Program-made: the position numbers and the translations under genes
Assembly (NCBI GenBank): GCA_001829155.1
Contig: MIAO01000136.1
Coordinates: 5,764-69,763 of the forward strand
Length of the DNA: 64,000 nucleotides
Source of the DNA: Spirochaetes bacterium GWB1_36_13
Lineage (GTDB): Bacteria; Spirochaetota; GWB1-36-13
Direction: 5' to 3'
The notes under the pieces: generated by a model
Database searches by the model: none
What the model was told of the DNA's origin: nothing
The model's input: the letters and a program-made list of their open reading frames with translations, nothing else
Shown: one piece after another, positions 1 to 10,419 of the stretch
How positions within the stretch are numbered: the first letter of the stretch is position 1
How the letters are laid out: each line of letters starts with the position of its first letter

Positions 1-553
1 TTCCTGTATAGCCTTTTCTTTTTTTCCGTTCTTCTATAATATTGACTAGCTGCATTAATACGGTTCTGACGGGTGTTGGATTACGATTCACACGGGTTTC
101 GGCAATTTTAAAAATCATTTTTTCAGATTCTTCAAGAATCGATTCGATTTCCTGGCTTTCATCACAGGCCATTTCATAAATTTTGGAAGAAGCTTCTAAA
201 AGTGAGCGCAGCTGGGATTTTTCCTTGACTTTTTGAGCATAGTAAACCACATTTCCAGAAGTCGGCACCACGGTTGTCAGACTGGAGACATAAACCGCCC
301 CTCCGCAGTTTTCAAGCTGACCTTTTTCTTTTAATTTTTGAGTCAAAGTAATCAGGTCAATCGGTTGATTTTCTTTAAAAAGATCACTCATTGACTGAAA
401 AACAATTTGATTGGCTGTATGGTAAAAATCTTCCGGGATAAGCAAAGACATTATTTCAGTCATTGCAAAACCCGGATCAATTAAAATAGCGCCCAGACAA
501 GCTTGTTCACTTTCAATGCTTTGAGGCGGAATCATTGTTTTATTGACTGCCAT
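1..553 (-). CDS. dnaB: Replicative DNA helicase DnaB, N-terminal part; the gene continues off the window start
   Basis: Minus-strand ATG at 553. Translation MAVNKTMIPPQSIESEQACLGAILIDPGF...QIVFQSM matches the DnaB N-terminal domain signature (IPPxSxEAEQxVLGAILxD). Open to position 1, so it is absent from the ORF track for lack of a stop. Confidence 0.75.
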   Translation of the reverse strand, partial: MAVNKTMIPPQSIESEQACLGAILIDPGFAMTEIMSLLIPEDFYHTANQIVFQSMSDLFKENQPIDLITLTQKLKEKGQLENCGGAVYVSSLTTVVPTSGNVVYYAQKVKEKSQLRSLLEASSKIYEMACDESQEIESILEESEKMIFKIAETRVNRNPTPVRTVLMQLVNIIEERKKRKGYTG

Positions 554-687
554 AACAACCCTGTTTTTTTATTTTTTTATACCTATAAACTTATAAATAT
601 TTTACTTAAAATCAGTAATTAATAACCATATCTTTTACTTTAAAGAATTTGCTTTTAAAGCAGGATATTTAAAGTAAATTATTTAAA

Positions 688-2889
688 CTAAAGCATGTTT
701 ACTGGATCGACATCAATTTCAATATAAATAAGTTTATCATTATAAATACTATCAGTTATTTTTTTAATTTTTTTTACCAGAGGGAGAACGGTTTGAGTTT
801 TAATAAAAAGATGATAACGGTAGTTTTTATTTAATTTTTCAATAGTACAGGGAACAGGTCCTGTAAATAAAATTTTTTCATGATTAAGAGAATCTTCAAG
901 TTCTTTTATTTTTTTCACCACTTTTTCCTCTATTTCTCCCCTGACAACCAGACGAATAATTCTGACAAAAGGAGGATAGAGATATTTTTCCCTGAGTTTT
1001 ATTTCATCATTAAAAAAACTAATATAATCATGATTTTTCACTTGTAAAATAACATAATGAGAAGGCGAATAGGTCTGTAAAACCACTTCTCCCGGTGTTT
1101 TCCTGCCTGATCTGCCAGCCACTTGGGTCAAAAGGGAAAAAGTATTCTCTCCGCTTCTAAAATCAGGAAGATTCAGAGAAATATCCGCTGAAATCACTCC
1201 AACCAGTTTCACTCTTTCAAAATCTAATCCCTTGGCAATCATCTGAGTGCCGATTAAAATATCTGCTTTTCCAGACCTAAATTCTTTTAAAAGTTTTTCA
1301 TGGCTGTCCCGTTTAGCAGTTGTATCCCGATCCATTCGGACTATCTTTAAGTTTGGAAAAATATTATTCAGCTCTTCTTCCAGTTTTTCTGTGCCTAGTC
1401 CGCTCATTAAATACTCCTGGTTGTCACAGGAAGGGCATTTTTTTGAAAGCCGGGATTCATACCCGCAGTAGTGGCAGGATAGTAAATTCTTTTTTTTGTG
1501 AAAAGTAAGAGTCACGGAACAATTGGGACAGACAAACTGATGTCCGCAGGATTTGCAGAGAATTGTAGGAGCAAACCCCCTTCTATTTAAAAAAAGAATA
1601 GTCTGGAAACCGTTTTTTTTATTCAAAACCACTTTTTGAATCAGCTCTTTTGAAAATTCGCCTTTTTCATGTTTCAAATCCACAATATGAATATAGGGAA
1701 GGACAATATCTGAATATCTTTTTTTTAACTCAAAAAGCTTGATATTCCCTTTTAAAGCAGAATAATAAGCTTCAACTGAAGGGGTTGCGCTTCCAAAAAT
1801 AACCGGAATTTTCAATTTTTGGGCTATTTTTAAAGCGACCTGTTTTGCGTTATATCTTGGATTTTCTCCTGATTTATAGGAATATTCCTGTTCTTCATCT
1901 ATAATAATCATTCCAAGATCATTCAAAGGTGTGAAAAGAGCGCTTCTGGGTCCTAGGATAATGGGCGTTTCTTTCCTGATAATCCTGTAAAAATTGTGGA
2001 GTTTTTGAGATGCAGTCATTTTACTGTTAATAACACTGATTTTATCGGGTCCAAAAAGAGCGGCAAACCGTTCGATAGTCTGAGGGGTCAAAGAGATTTC
2101 AGGAACCAGAATCAAAGCCTGTTTGCCCTCTTCTACCGTCTTTTTGACTAAATGACGATACACTTCTGTTTTTCCGCTTCCGGTGACCCCATGAATTAAT
2201 ACCGGAAAAAATTGATTTTTCGATTTTTCGATTTCCTGAAAAACTTTTTCCTGTTCAGGGTTTAAAGGATAAAAAGGGATTTCATGCTCCTGTTTAATAA
2301 CTGCAGAAATAGGTGTTTTTGCGGATGGGACAAAAAGATGAAGCGCTTCATTCAGTGAACAGGCGTAATAATTTGAGATCCATTGTGAAATTTCCATCGC
2401 GTAAGAAGGAAGGATAGGATAAGGATCTAAGATTTTTAAAACCGAGAGCGTTTTAAACTCAGGTTTTTCTTTGATTACCTTAGTAATAACCCCCATTTTT
2501 GAAGCTCGAAGCTGTTTTAAAATCTCTGTTATTTTTTTCATTTCAAGTGGCAGTAAATCTTCTTCTTTTTTTTTAAAAAGCATGGTTTTCTTTGATTCTT
2601 GGTAAAAAGAACTGAAAAAATCCTGATTTTCTTTTTCTGCTATGGCAGCGGTGAGATCATGAAAGACTTTTTTACTTACTTTAAGAGGAATTGAAATGTT
2701 TTTTCTGGCTGATTTAAAAGGAACCAGAACCCGTTTACCAGTTTCGATATCTTTTTCTAAGAAATCCGGCACATCATAAGTAAAAAAACGGTCAATCGGC
2801 AGATGGAAAGAAACCTCAACCCAGATCACAAACACTCCAAAAAATAAAATTGAAGTATAAAAATTAATAAAAAAGAACAAAAATTTCAT
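688..2889 (-). CDS. priA: Primosomal protein N' (PriA helicase)
   Basis: 733-aa ORF with Walker A GVTGSGKTEVY, DEEQE (DExx box) and the Cys-rich zinc motifs CKSCGHQFVCPNCSVTLTFH...CHYCGYESR...CPSCDN typical of PriA. The hydrophobic first ~20 codons are probably an over-extension; a GTG at 2829 preceded by GGAG is an alternative start. Confidence 0.9.
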   Translation of the reverse strand: MKFLFFFINFYTSILFFGVFVIWVEVSFHLPIDRFFTYDVPDFLEKDIETGKRVLVPFKSARKNISIPLKVSKKVFHDLTAAIAEKENQDFFSSFYQESKKTMLFKKKEEDLLPLEMKKITEILKQLRASKMGVITKVIKEKPEFKTLSVLKILDPYPILPSYAMEISQWISNYYACSLNEALHLFVPSAKTPISAVIKQEHEIPFYPLNPEQEKVFQEIEKSKNQFFPVLIHGVTGSGKTEVYRHLVKKTVEEGKQALILVPEISLTPQTIERFAALFGPDKISVINSKMTASQKLHNFYRIIRKETPIILGPRSALFTPLNDLGMIIIDEEQEYSYKSGENPRYNAKQVALKIAQKLKIPVIFGSATPSVEAYYSALKGNIKLFELKKRYSDIVLPYIHIVDLKHEKGEFSKELIQKVVLNKKNGFQTILFLNRRGFAPTILCKSCGHQFVCPNCSVTLTFHKKKNLLSCHYCGYESRLSKKCPSCDNQEYLMSGLGTEKLEEELNNIFPNLKIVRMDRDTTAKRDSHEKLLKEFRSGKADILIGTQMIAKGLDFERVKLVGVISADISLNLPDFRSGENTFSLLTQVAGRSGRKTPGEVVLQTYSPSHYVILQVKNHDYISFFNDEIKLREKYLYPPFVRIIRLVVRGEIEEKVVKKIKELEDSLNHEKILFTGPVPCTIEKLNKNYRYHLFIKTQTVLPLVKKIKKITDSIYNDKLIYIEIDVDPVNML

Positions 2890-2940
2890 AAGAAAGTTTT
2901 AAATCCGAATTCTCTAGCAACCTGATGATGTATCAGACGG

Positions 2941-3396
2941 TTAATTGTTAAGAATGTTTAATTCCTTCTGGAAAAAATACGACTGCCTTACAATCTGATA
3001 CCCCATTTTTTGATAAAAAGCATGGGAGCTGCTTAAATGGACTCTGGATGCAAGCATAATTTTCGAATAACCTTTTTCCCTGCACCATTCTTCGCATCTT
3101 TTAAGAAGTTTTTTACCAATCCCATGATTCCGAAAGGTTTTATCGATCATAATCTGCTGAAGTTCAATATATTTTCCAAAACCCATAAACAAAACTTCCG
3201 CCAGAAAGGCATAGCCAATTATTTTTTCATTTTCAATAACAACCAATAATTTTGATGTTTTCTTATCCATTGCTGAAACAGAAAAGCGGATATCTTCCTG
3301 AGTAAAAGTTTTCTTTAGATTATCAAACTGATTGATGAGTTCCACTATGCTTTGAATTTCATTCTCAGAAGGATGGTTTAATTCGCGAATTTCCAT
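2941..3396 (-). CDS. GNAT family N-acetyltransferase
   Basis: 151 aa with the acetyl-CoA binding motif RNHGIGKKLL and a GNAT fold pattern. Confidence 0.75.
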   Translation of the reverse strand: MEIRELNHPSENEIQSIVELINQFDNLKKTFTQEDIRFSVSAMDKKTSKLLVVIENEKIIGYAFLAEVLFMGFGKYIELQQIMIDKTFRNHGIGKKLLKRCEEWCREKGYSKIMLASRVHLSSSHAFYQKMGYQIVRQSYFFQKELNILNN

Positions 3397-3413
3397 TTTT
3401 TCTCTTCATTCTC

Positions 3414-4145
3414 CTATTTTTCTATTGAGTCATTTTGATAAAAACCCAGTTTTTCAAGGATTTCTTTGAGCATTTTCAAGTCTTCCCAGGCAGGATATTT
3501 CAGTGCTTCGTTTCGAAGAAGTGCTGAAGGGTGAAAAATAGGCACAATAATGATCCCGTTTTTTTCGTAGGATTTTCCACGGAGTTTGGTGATGCCTTCT
3601 TTTGTTTCCAGAAAAAAAGAAGCGGCAATTCTTCCAAGTGTCAGAATAACTTTAGGCCGGATTAAAGCTATCTGTCTTTTCAGATAGTTTGAGCAGACTG
3701 AAATCTCATCCGGTTGAGGATCCCTATTTTCAGGAGGTCTGCATTTTACAATATTTGTGATAAAAATTTTTTCTCTTTTAATCTGGACAGCTTGAAGCAT
3801 TTTTGTCAGAAGCTGTCCTGCTTTCCCGACAAAAGGGCTGCCTTGAAGATCTTCATCGGCTCCTGGACCTTCACCTACCACCATAAGCATTGTTTGGTTT
3901 GAGCCATCGCCAAATACTGCCTTCCTGCGTGTTCTAAACAGCCTGCATTTGATACAGGAGATAACTTCGCTTCTTATTTTATCCCAGTCTTCTTCTTCTG
4001 AAGGATGTTGAGAGTAGGTATTTTCTTTAGGAGAAAAAGAGGTTTGAACTGATCTTTCAGTCTCGATAAAATCCCGTTTTTTTTTACCGAATACTAAAAG
4101 ATCATATAATTCAGAAATTGATTCTAATAATTCTAAACGGCTCAC
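3414..4145 (-). CDS. Uracil-DNA glycosylase, family 4 type
   Basis: GEGPGADEDLQGSPFVGKAGQLL motif (family-4 UDG GEGPG...PFVG.AG.LL) and a C-terminal HPS motif. Confidence 0.85.
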   Translation of the reverse strand: MSRLELLESISELYDLLVFGKKKRDFIETERSVQTSFSPKENTYSQHPSEEEDWDKIRSEVISCIKCRLFRTRRKAVFGDGSNQTMLMVVGEGPGADEDLQGSPFVGKAGQLLTKMLQAVQIKREKIFITNIVKCRPPENRDPQPDEISVCSNYLKRQIALIRPKVILTLGRIAASFFLETKEGITKLRGKSYEKNGIIIVPIFHPSALLRNEALKYPAWEDLKMLKEILEKLGFYQNDSIEK

Positions 4146-4155
4146 AGTCTATCAT

Positions 4156-4821
4156 TTATTTAAAAACAATAATGGAACGAATCAACTCATACTGCTTTAA
4201 AAGATCTTTTAGCTTGTCTTCCAAGACTTTGATTGTATCATCATTATTGGCAGGAAGAGTCAATTTTAATTTCCGGGTAAAAACATTTTCTGATTTTGCT
4301 TCTTCTTCCAATCGGACTTTAATATCTCCGATATAATTGATTTTTCCTTTCTCAATCATAAAATAATTATTTGGAAAAGGTTTGTCAAATTCGTATTCAC
4401 CTGTTTCATTTTGAATAGAATAAAGAGAAGAAATATAGTATTTTCCGCTTTTTAACTTCAAGACATGAATCGCATCTTGTTGAATATTGGTTGGAGAATT
4501 ATCAATTTCCAGAATTTGAGGTCCTCTGATTCTGAAATTAGGCAGTTTGGAAAGTTTATTTTCTTTTTCCGCTTCTAAGAGAAAGCGAACCACCAGGATA
4601 CCGATTTCAGGTTCAAGTTTTGTATTATTATCTACTTCCTGAATCTGAATCGCTGTTTCTTCCAGTTCTGTTTGGGTCTCTTCCTTTACAACAACCGATT
4701 TTTCATCCACCGGAGTTATGACTTTTTTTTCCTCAACAGTTGTTTCCTTTGAGGTTTCACAACCAGTCAAGAAAACCAGAAATAGCAAGGTTGATAGAAA
4801 TAAAAAAATAATTTTTTTCAT
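4156..4821 (-). CDS. Hypothetical lipoprotein
   Basis: Signal peptide plus lipobox LTGC. There is no recognisable catalytic motif. Confidence 0.6.
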   Translation of the reverse strand: MKKIIFLFLSTLLFLVFLTGCETSKETTVEEKKVITPVDEKSVVVKEETQTELEETAIQIQEVDNNTKLEPEIGILVVRFLLEAEKENKLSKLPNFRIRGPQILEIDNSPTNIQQDAIHVLKLKSGKYYISSLYSIQNETGEYEFDKPFPNNYFMIEKGKINYIGDIKVRLEEEAKSENVFTRKLKLTLPANNDDTIKVLEDKLKDLLKQYELIRSIIVFK

Positions 4822-4836
4822 TGTTAAAAACTCCTT

Positions 4837-6300
4837 TTAGCTTTCGTCTTTTGGAATCATTAGTTTCTGACCCGTTACTAATAATTTTTTAGAAGAAATG
4901 TTATTGTATTTTGCGAGTACCTTTATATTAATATCAAATTTTTCAGCCAGTGAATAAAGAGTGTCACCCTTTTTAATCTTGTAAACAAAAGATTCTTTCT
5001 TTAAACTTTTTTTGTTTTTTGGAGATTCAGCTTTACTGATACTTGTATTGACGGGTACTATTAACACCTGCCCTACTTTTACCACATTGTTTTTCAATCC
5101 GTTGATTTTTCGAAGCTGGGTAACGGAAATACCATAAAATTTGGCAATTTTGTAAAGTGTATCGCCTTTTTGAATCTTATATTTTTTATAATCGAGTTTT
5201 TTAACAATTTTATAATTTTTTGCAGTTTTTTTCTTGGCTAAAAGGCGTTTTTTAACATTCTCTTTATAACTAAGAACTGCATTTACCTTACTTTTTACCA
5301 TTTCCCCGCTTTTATAAGGAATATAAAGATTGGAGTTAGAGACGGTCTGATTTTTTTTCAAATGAGGATTGAGTTCATTTAAAACATCCATAGGAAGACT
5401 GGTATATTTAGATATAAACTGAAAATCAATATTATCGTAAAAAACAACGGATTCAAAAACAGGTTTGCTGTCCATAAAAGAAATATCTATTCCGTATTTG
5501 GAAGCGTTTTTTAAAATATAGAGCACAGCATAAAATCTGGGTACAAATTCAAGAGTTTCGCTCTTAAAGCCGTTTATTTTACAGAGTTTCCAGAAATCAC
5601 TCTCTTTATATTTACGAATCAGGCTGTTGATATAAGTTCCGCCTCCATTATAAGCGGCAATCACCAGATCCCAGTTTTTATTAAAAGTTTCAGCCAGGCT
5701 TTTCATAAAAAGAACCGCTGCCTTGGTGCTTTTTTCCACATCAATTCTTTCATCGATCAGAGTGTTCATTTTTATGCCGTAAATTGCTGCTGTTTCAGGC
5801 ATAAGCTGCCATATTCCGACCGCTCCTTTCTGGGAAACCGCCCGAACCATATACCCGCTTTCTATAATTCCTAATACAGACATTTCCAAGGGCATATCGT
5901 TATCTTGAAGATACTTTTTCACGATAGGATAATAATTTTCCATCCGTTTGATAGATCTGACTAAAAATTCTTTTCCAACGGTTGAATAATATTCGATAAA
6001 AAATTGAACCAATTCGTTATTTGCAATCTGAACTTGATTAAAATGTTCATCTAGAGATTTGTTTTTAATGGTTTCAGTGATTAAATCAGCAGAAGTGATT
6101 CTGGCTTCATAATTTTCCGAATTTTCCAATCCTTTTACTTGATTCTGGTTCAATTCTCTTTTTATATCTTGTATATAAGAATTTATTATCCTTTCTTCAT
6201 GACTTGAGTTGTCTAAATAACCCTCGATTTTTGAATATTCAAAACCAAATGAGAAAAGAGGCAAAAAAAGAAAAATTACCAAGAATTTTTTTTGATTCAT
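4837..6300 (-). CDS. Lytic transglycosylase (SLT domain) with two C-terminal LysM domains, MltD-like
   Basis: Signal peptide. SLT catalytic region ESGYMVRAVSQKGAVGIWQLMPETA. Two LysM repeats: YKIQKGDTLYKIAKFYGISVTQL and YKIKKGDTLYSLAEKFDINIKVL. Confidence 0.85.
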   Translation of the reverse strand: MNQKKFLVIFLFLPLFSFGFEYSKIEGYLDNSSHEERIINSYIQDIKRELNQNQVKGLENSENYEARITSADLITETIKNKSLDEHFNQVQIANNELVQFFIEYYSTVGKEFLVRSIKRMENYYPIVKKYLQDNDMPLEMSVLGIIESGYMVRAVSQKGAVGIWQLMPETAAIYGIKMNTLIDERIDVEKSTKAAVLFMKSLAETFNKNWDLVIAAYNGGGTYINSLIRKYKESDFWKLCKINGFKSETLEFVPRFYAVLYILKNASKYGIDISFMDSKPVFESVVFYDNIDFQFISKYTSLPMDVLNELNPHLKKNQTVSNSNLYIPYKSGEMVKSKVNAVLSYKENVKKRLLAKKKTAKNYKIVKKLDYKKYKIQKGDTLYKIAKFYGISVTQLRKINGLKNNVVKVGQVLIVPVNTSISKAESPKNKKSLKKESFVYKIKKGDTLYSLAEKFDINIKVLAKYNNISSKKLLVTGQKLMIPKDES

Positions 6301-7211
6301 AAAGCTTTTCCTATCATATCCTTTAATGATTTAATGTTATTATTGCTTAAATAATCGGTTAATTCGTTTAATACTTTAAGGGAAGTATAAGGATTTATCA
6401 AATTCCCGCTACCCACCGCCACTAAAGATGCGCCTGCCATTAAAAATTCAGCGGCATCTTCTCCGGTCATAATTCCACCCATTCCAATGATAGGTATCCG
6501 AATACTTTGGGCGCATTCATAAACCATGCGGATAGCCACAGGTTTCACAGCAGGACCTGAAAGTCCCCCTATTTTATTCGCAAGAACCGGTTTTCCTTTT
6601 TTTAAATCAATTCTCATGCCTCTTAAAGTATTAATGAGGGAAACAGCGTCCATACCTTCTGATTCACAAACTTTAGCAAATTCCTTGATATCAGTAACAT
6701 TAGGACTTAATTTAGCAATTAAAACCTTGTTTTTTACTTTTTTTCTTACTCTGGATAAAAGATTTCCAGCCGTACAGCTGTCTTGACCAAAAGCGATTCC
6801 GCCTGCTTTTACATTGGGGCAGGAAATATTGAGTTCTATTGCCTTGATCCCTTCCAGATCGTCTATTTTCAGAGCGATTTCTTCATAATCTTCCACTGTA
6901 TTCCCAAAAACATTCGCTATGACGACATTATGAATCGATTTTTGAATTTCAGGAAGTTTTTCTTTTACAAAAACATCGAACCCAACATTTTCCAGACCGA
7001 TAGAATTGAGCATTCCTCCATAAGTTTCAGCGATTCTTGGAACCAAATTTCCTTTTTTAGGAGAAAGAGAAAGTCCTTTCAGAGTAATTCCGCCCAGAAG
7101 ATTGACATCGTAATATTGTAAAAATTCAAGTCCATAACCATAAGTACCTGAAGCGGTAAGTATCGGGTTTTGAAATTCCAGGTCTTTTATTTTAACTTTT
7201 AAATCCGGCAT
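6297..7211 (-). CDS. pyrD: Dihydroorotate dehydrogenase catalytic subunit (class 1)
   Basis: NPILTASGTYGYG, LGGITLKG and NISCPN motifs with an FMN-binding barrel pattern. Confidence 0.9.
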   Translation of the reverse strand: MPDLKVKIKDLEFQNPILTASGTYGYGLEFLQYYDVNLLGGITLKGLSLSPKKGNLVPRIAETYGGMLNSIGLENVGFDVFVKEKLPEIQKSIHNVVIANVFGNTVEDYEEIALKIDDLEGIKAIELNISCPNVKAGGIAFGQDSCTAGNLLSRVRKKVKNKVLIAKLSPNVTDIKEFAKVCESEGMDAVSLINTLRGMRIDLKKGKPVLANKIGGLSGPAVKPVAIRMVYECAQSIRIPIIGMGGIMTGEDAAEFLMAGASLVAVGSGNLINPYTSLKVLNELTDYLSNNNIKSLKDMIGKAL

Positions 7212-7474
7212 TTTTTCCTCAAAAAATTTTATTTTAAAAAAACAATGAAAGAAATTTAATGTTTTTCTTTTTTTAAAAAATCATTTTTCTCTCTTTTTAT
7301 TTAATTTTTTAAAAAGTCTTCTTTATAAATTATGTCAATTTTTAAGAAAAAATCAAGAATATTTTCTGAATACTTATTATTTCTTTCTTTTTTACCTTTT
7401 TTTCCTTCTGTTTTAGTTTGGATATAATTGTTTGTTTTATTAGATTTTAATCTATTCTTATTGAGGAGTTTTAG

Positions 7475-7756
7475 ATGTTAAGCCTTCAGGATGTTGAGAA
7501 CATAGCTTTTCTTGCACGATTGGAAATTCAGGAAAGTGAAAAAGCGAAATACCAAGCCGAACTTTCTAATATTTTTCATTTTATTGAAAAAATCAATGAG
7601 CTGGATTTGTCAAAAATAGAACCTACTTCTCATATTTTGAATCTTCAGAATGTGGTTCGAAAAGATGAGATCCTGCCATCTTATTCTCCTGATTTGATAT
7701 TAAAAAATGCTCCAAAAAGAAAAGAAAATTTTATGGTAGTTCCGAAAACAGTTTAA
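7475..7756 (+). CDS. gatC: Asp/Glu-tRNA amidotransferase subunit C
   Basis: 93 aa. MLSLQDVENIAFLARLEIQESEKAKYQAELSNIFHFIEKINELD matches the GatC family pattern. Confidence 0.85.
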   Translation: MLSLQDVENIAFLARLEIQESEKAKYQAELSNIFHFIEKINELDLSKIEPTSHILNLQNVVRKDEILPSYSPDLILKNAPKRKENFMVVPKTV

Positions 7757-7769
7757 GGGGAGCTTAAAA

Positions 7770-8423
7770 ATGAGTGAAAACCCGATCGAAAAATACATTA
7801 AAGAATATGCCGCCGGCACAATTATTTTTGAAGAAGGTGCGGAAGGTTCTGAAATGTATGTGATAAAAGAAGGGGTGGTCAGAATTGAACTTCTTATTAA
7901 AAACCCTCTTGATCCTGAAAATTTTGAGAGAAAAAGCCTTGGCGAGCTTCAGGAAGGCGAATTCTTTGGCGAAATGACCTTGATAGATAAAAGCCCTCGT
8001 TCAGCTCGTGCCATAGCAGCAACAGACTGTAAGCTGATTGCGCTGAATAAAAACGGTTTTTTCAGACTTATTGAACATTCAGCAGAATTTGCGATCAAGA
8101 TAGTAAAAAAACTCTCTGACAGGCTTAAAGAATCAAACAGCCGCATGAAAAAGCTGGCTCAAATAGGAAAACATAATAAAGTGCTTCAGCTTTTAAAAGA
8201 TTTTTTAAAAGACGAAGATCAAGTTATTACTATTGAAGAAATAAAAAAAATTTTACAGGAAGATCATTTTGAAGAAGAAGAACTGTGGAGTATTATAAAA
8301 AAACTGGAATCTCTTTCTTTAGTCTCTATCCAGAAAAACAACACGATTCTGATTCAAAATAAAGATATTTTTAATCAAATTCTTACATTTTTAAATACAT
8401 TTAACGATTCTTTTGAAGGATAA
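7770..8423 (+). CDS. Cyclic-nucleotide-binding domain protein (Crp/Fnr-like with a degenerate C-terminal HTH)
   Basis: cNMP-binding signature FFGEMTLIDKSPRSARAIAATDCKLIAL. The C-terminal ~60 aa resemble a weak winged-HTH. Confidence 0.75.
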   Translation: MSENPIEKYIKEYAAGTIIFEEGAEGSEMYVIKEGVVRIELLIKNPLDPENFERKSLGELQEGEFFGEMTLIDKSPRSARAIAATDCKLIALNKNGFFRLIEHSAEFAIKIVKKLSDRLKESNSRMKKLAQIGKHNKVLQLLKDFLKDEDQVITIEEIKKILQEDHFEEEELWSIIKKLESLSLVSIQKNNTILIQNKDIFNQILTFLNTFNDSFEG

Positions 8424-8434
8424 AAGGAGTATCA

Positions 8435-9670
8435 ATGCCGATTGTAAAACCATTTAAAGCAGTCAGACCCAAAGTTGAATTTGCAAAAAAAATCACTTCT
8501 CTGCCCTATGATGTTATTTCTGAAAAGGAGGCCAGAGAGGAATTGAATAAAAATCCTCTTACTTTTTTTAGAATCGGCCGTCCTGAAATTCATTTTCCTG
8601 AAGGAACTGATCCGTATTCGGAAAAAATTTATCAAAAAGGGAAAGAAACGATTCAGGAATTTCTTGAAAAAAAATATTTTCATCAGGATGAAAAAGAGCA
8701 TTTTTATATTTATCGAGAAATAAAAGGAAATATTTCCCAGACAGGTCTTGTTTCATTAGTATCTGTGGAAGATTATGATCAAGATTTGATCAAAAAACAT
8801 GAATTGACCCGTGAAGAAAAAGAAAAAGACAGGGTGAATCACATTGTTCAAACCAGAGCTCATGCAGAACCTGTTTTCCTTGCCTACCCGGATCATCCTG
8901 AATTAAGCTTTTTGATTAAAACCTATATTGAAAACCATGATTGTGTTTATGATTTTGAAGATTCTCAGGGAGTTCAAAATACTTTATGGATTATTGAAGA
9001 TGCCCATATTCAGTTTATGATTCAAAGTATTTTTCAATCCGATATCAAAGCTCTTTATATTGCGGACGGTCATCATCGGGCAAAGGCTTCTTCCTTGACT
9101 GCTGAAATTTTAAAAAAATCAAATCCCAATCATACCGGTAATGAAAGCTATAATTATTTTATGGCAGTTTCTTTTCCAAGCACTCAATTGGAAATTATGG
9201 CTTACAACAGAGTTGTCAAATCTTCGGTTTCTATTCAAGATTTGATTGAGAAAACTGCGCAAAACTTTGAAATCAGCGAAACAGAACTTAAAAACCCAAG
9301 AAATAAAGGGGAGTTTATTCTTTATCATCAAGGAAAAACTTATCTTTTTCAATACAAAGGAAAAATACCTGTTCTTGTTTCAGAAAAACTAGATGTTTCA
9401 ATCCTTCAAAAAACTCTTTTAGATCCTGTGCTTGGAATCAAAAATCCTAGAACGGATAAAAATATTGATTTTGTAGGCGGAATTAAATCATTTGATTATT
9501 TAAAAAAACTGGTTGATTCAAAAGAATTTGATTATGCTTTTCTTCTCTACCCTACTTCTATTAACGACTTATTTCAGATTGCGGATCAGAATGAAATCAT
9601 GCCGCCAAAATCGACCTGGTTTGAACCTAAATTAAAAAGCGGTCTTTTTCTTCATCTAATTGAAGAATAA
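8435..9670 (+). CDS. DUF1015 family protein
   Basis: The N-terminus MPIVKPFKAVRP... is the hallmark start of DUF1015 proteins. 411 aa, RBS AAGGAG upstream. Confidence 0.7.
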   Translation: MPIVKPFKAVRPKVEFAKKITSLPYDVISEKEAREELNKNPLTFFRIGRPEIHFPEGTDPYSEKIYQKGKETIQEFLEKKYFHQDEKEHFYIYREIKGNISQTGLVSLVSVEDYDQDLIKKHELTREEKEKDRVNHIVQTRAHAEPVFLAYPDHPELSFLIKTYIENHDCVYDFEDSQGVQNTLWIIEDAHIQFMIQSIFQSDIKALYIADGHHRAKASSLTAEILKKSNPNHTGNESYNYFMAVSFPSTQLEIMAYNRVVKSSVSIQDLIEKTAQNFEISETELKNPRNKGEFILYHQGKTYLFQYKGKIPVLVSEKLDVSILQKTLLDPVLGIKNPRTDKNIDFVGGIKSFDYLKKLVDSKEFDYAFLLYPTSINDLFQIADQNEIMPPKSTWFEPKLKSGLFLHLIEE

Positions 9671-10408
9671 TTACTGCTCATCTATTTCTTCAAAGAGGTC
9701 GTAAGTAGAAATCCAATCTGCCTCTTCGACTTCTTTTTCAATTGAAGAGTTTACAATTCTTGCCTGCTCAAATTTTAACATAGCTTGATCTAATCGGCTT
9801 ATAGATTGATAGTATTCCCCAATAAAATAATTGGCATAGTCTTTTTTATAGTTTAAAAGAATAGCCTGATGAAATAAATCCAGTTTTTTTTCGTCCAATA
9901 AATAGTTATTTCTATAATATAAACCCAAAATAAAAAATGCCGGAGCATAATAATAAGGTTTAATCAGCTTTGCCTGATAGCTTCTCTGAACAAAATTTTC
10001 ATATTCTTTAATAAGAGTATCTAAAAGTTCTAAAGCTTGACCGTCTTTTTTCATTTTAAAATAGATAATTACTAAAAGATACGCCGATTTTATTTTATCA
10101 AAATAATAAATGAAATTTTCTTTTAAAGAATTTTCCAATTCATTGACAGCATCCTGATAAAGTCCTTTTTTATATTTAATATAGCCTAAATAATAATAAC
10201 ATTCCCCCCATTGAGGATTTTTAAATACTGAATACTCATAATTTTTTATTGCCTGAACATAGTCTCCCAAAATTCTATAACGGTCTCCCATAACCTTATA
10301 ATATTCTGCCGGCTGGGAAAGTTTCATTCTCTTTTCATAGTCCGCTTTCGCAGAAAAAATAGAAAATGGAATTGTAAAAAACAATGCAATTAAAAATATT
10401 TTTTTCAC
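9671..10408 (-). CDS. TPR-repeat protein, secreted
   Basis: Signal peptide and repeated W/Y-G-Y 34-residue TPR-like units (ECYYYLGYIKYKKGLYQDAV...). Confidence 0.7.
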   Translation of the reverse strand: MKKIFLIALFFTIPFSIFSAKADYEKRMKLSQPAEYYKVMGDRYRILGDYVQAIKNYEYSVFKNPQWGECYYYLGYIKYKKGLYQDAVNELENSLKENFIYYFDKIKSAYLLVIIYFKMKKDGQALELLDTLIKEYENFVQRSYQAKLIKPYYYAPAFFILGLYYRNNYLLDEKKLDLFHQAILLNYKKDYANYFIGEYYQSISRLDQAMLKFEQARIVNSSIEKEVEEADWISTYDLFEEIDEQ

Positions 10409-10419
10409 AAATTACTCCG

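Noticed and set aside
1247-1508. Two small plus-strand ORFs (74 and 62 aa) inside priA
   Set aside because: They lie antisense within a well-supported conserved gene. They have no RBS and their composition is an artefact of the opposite-strand codons.
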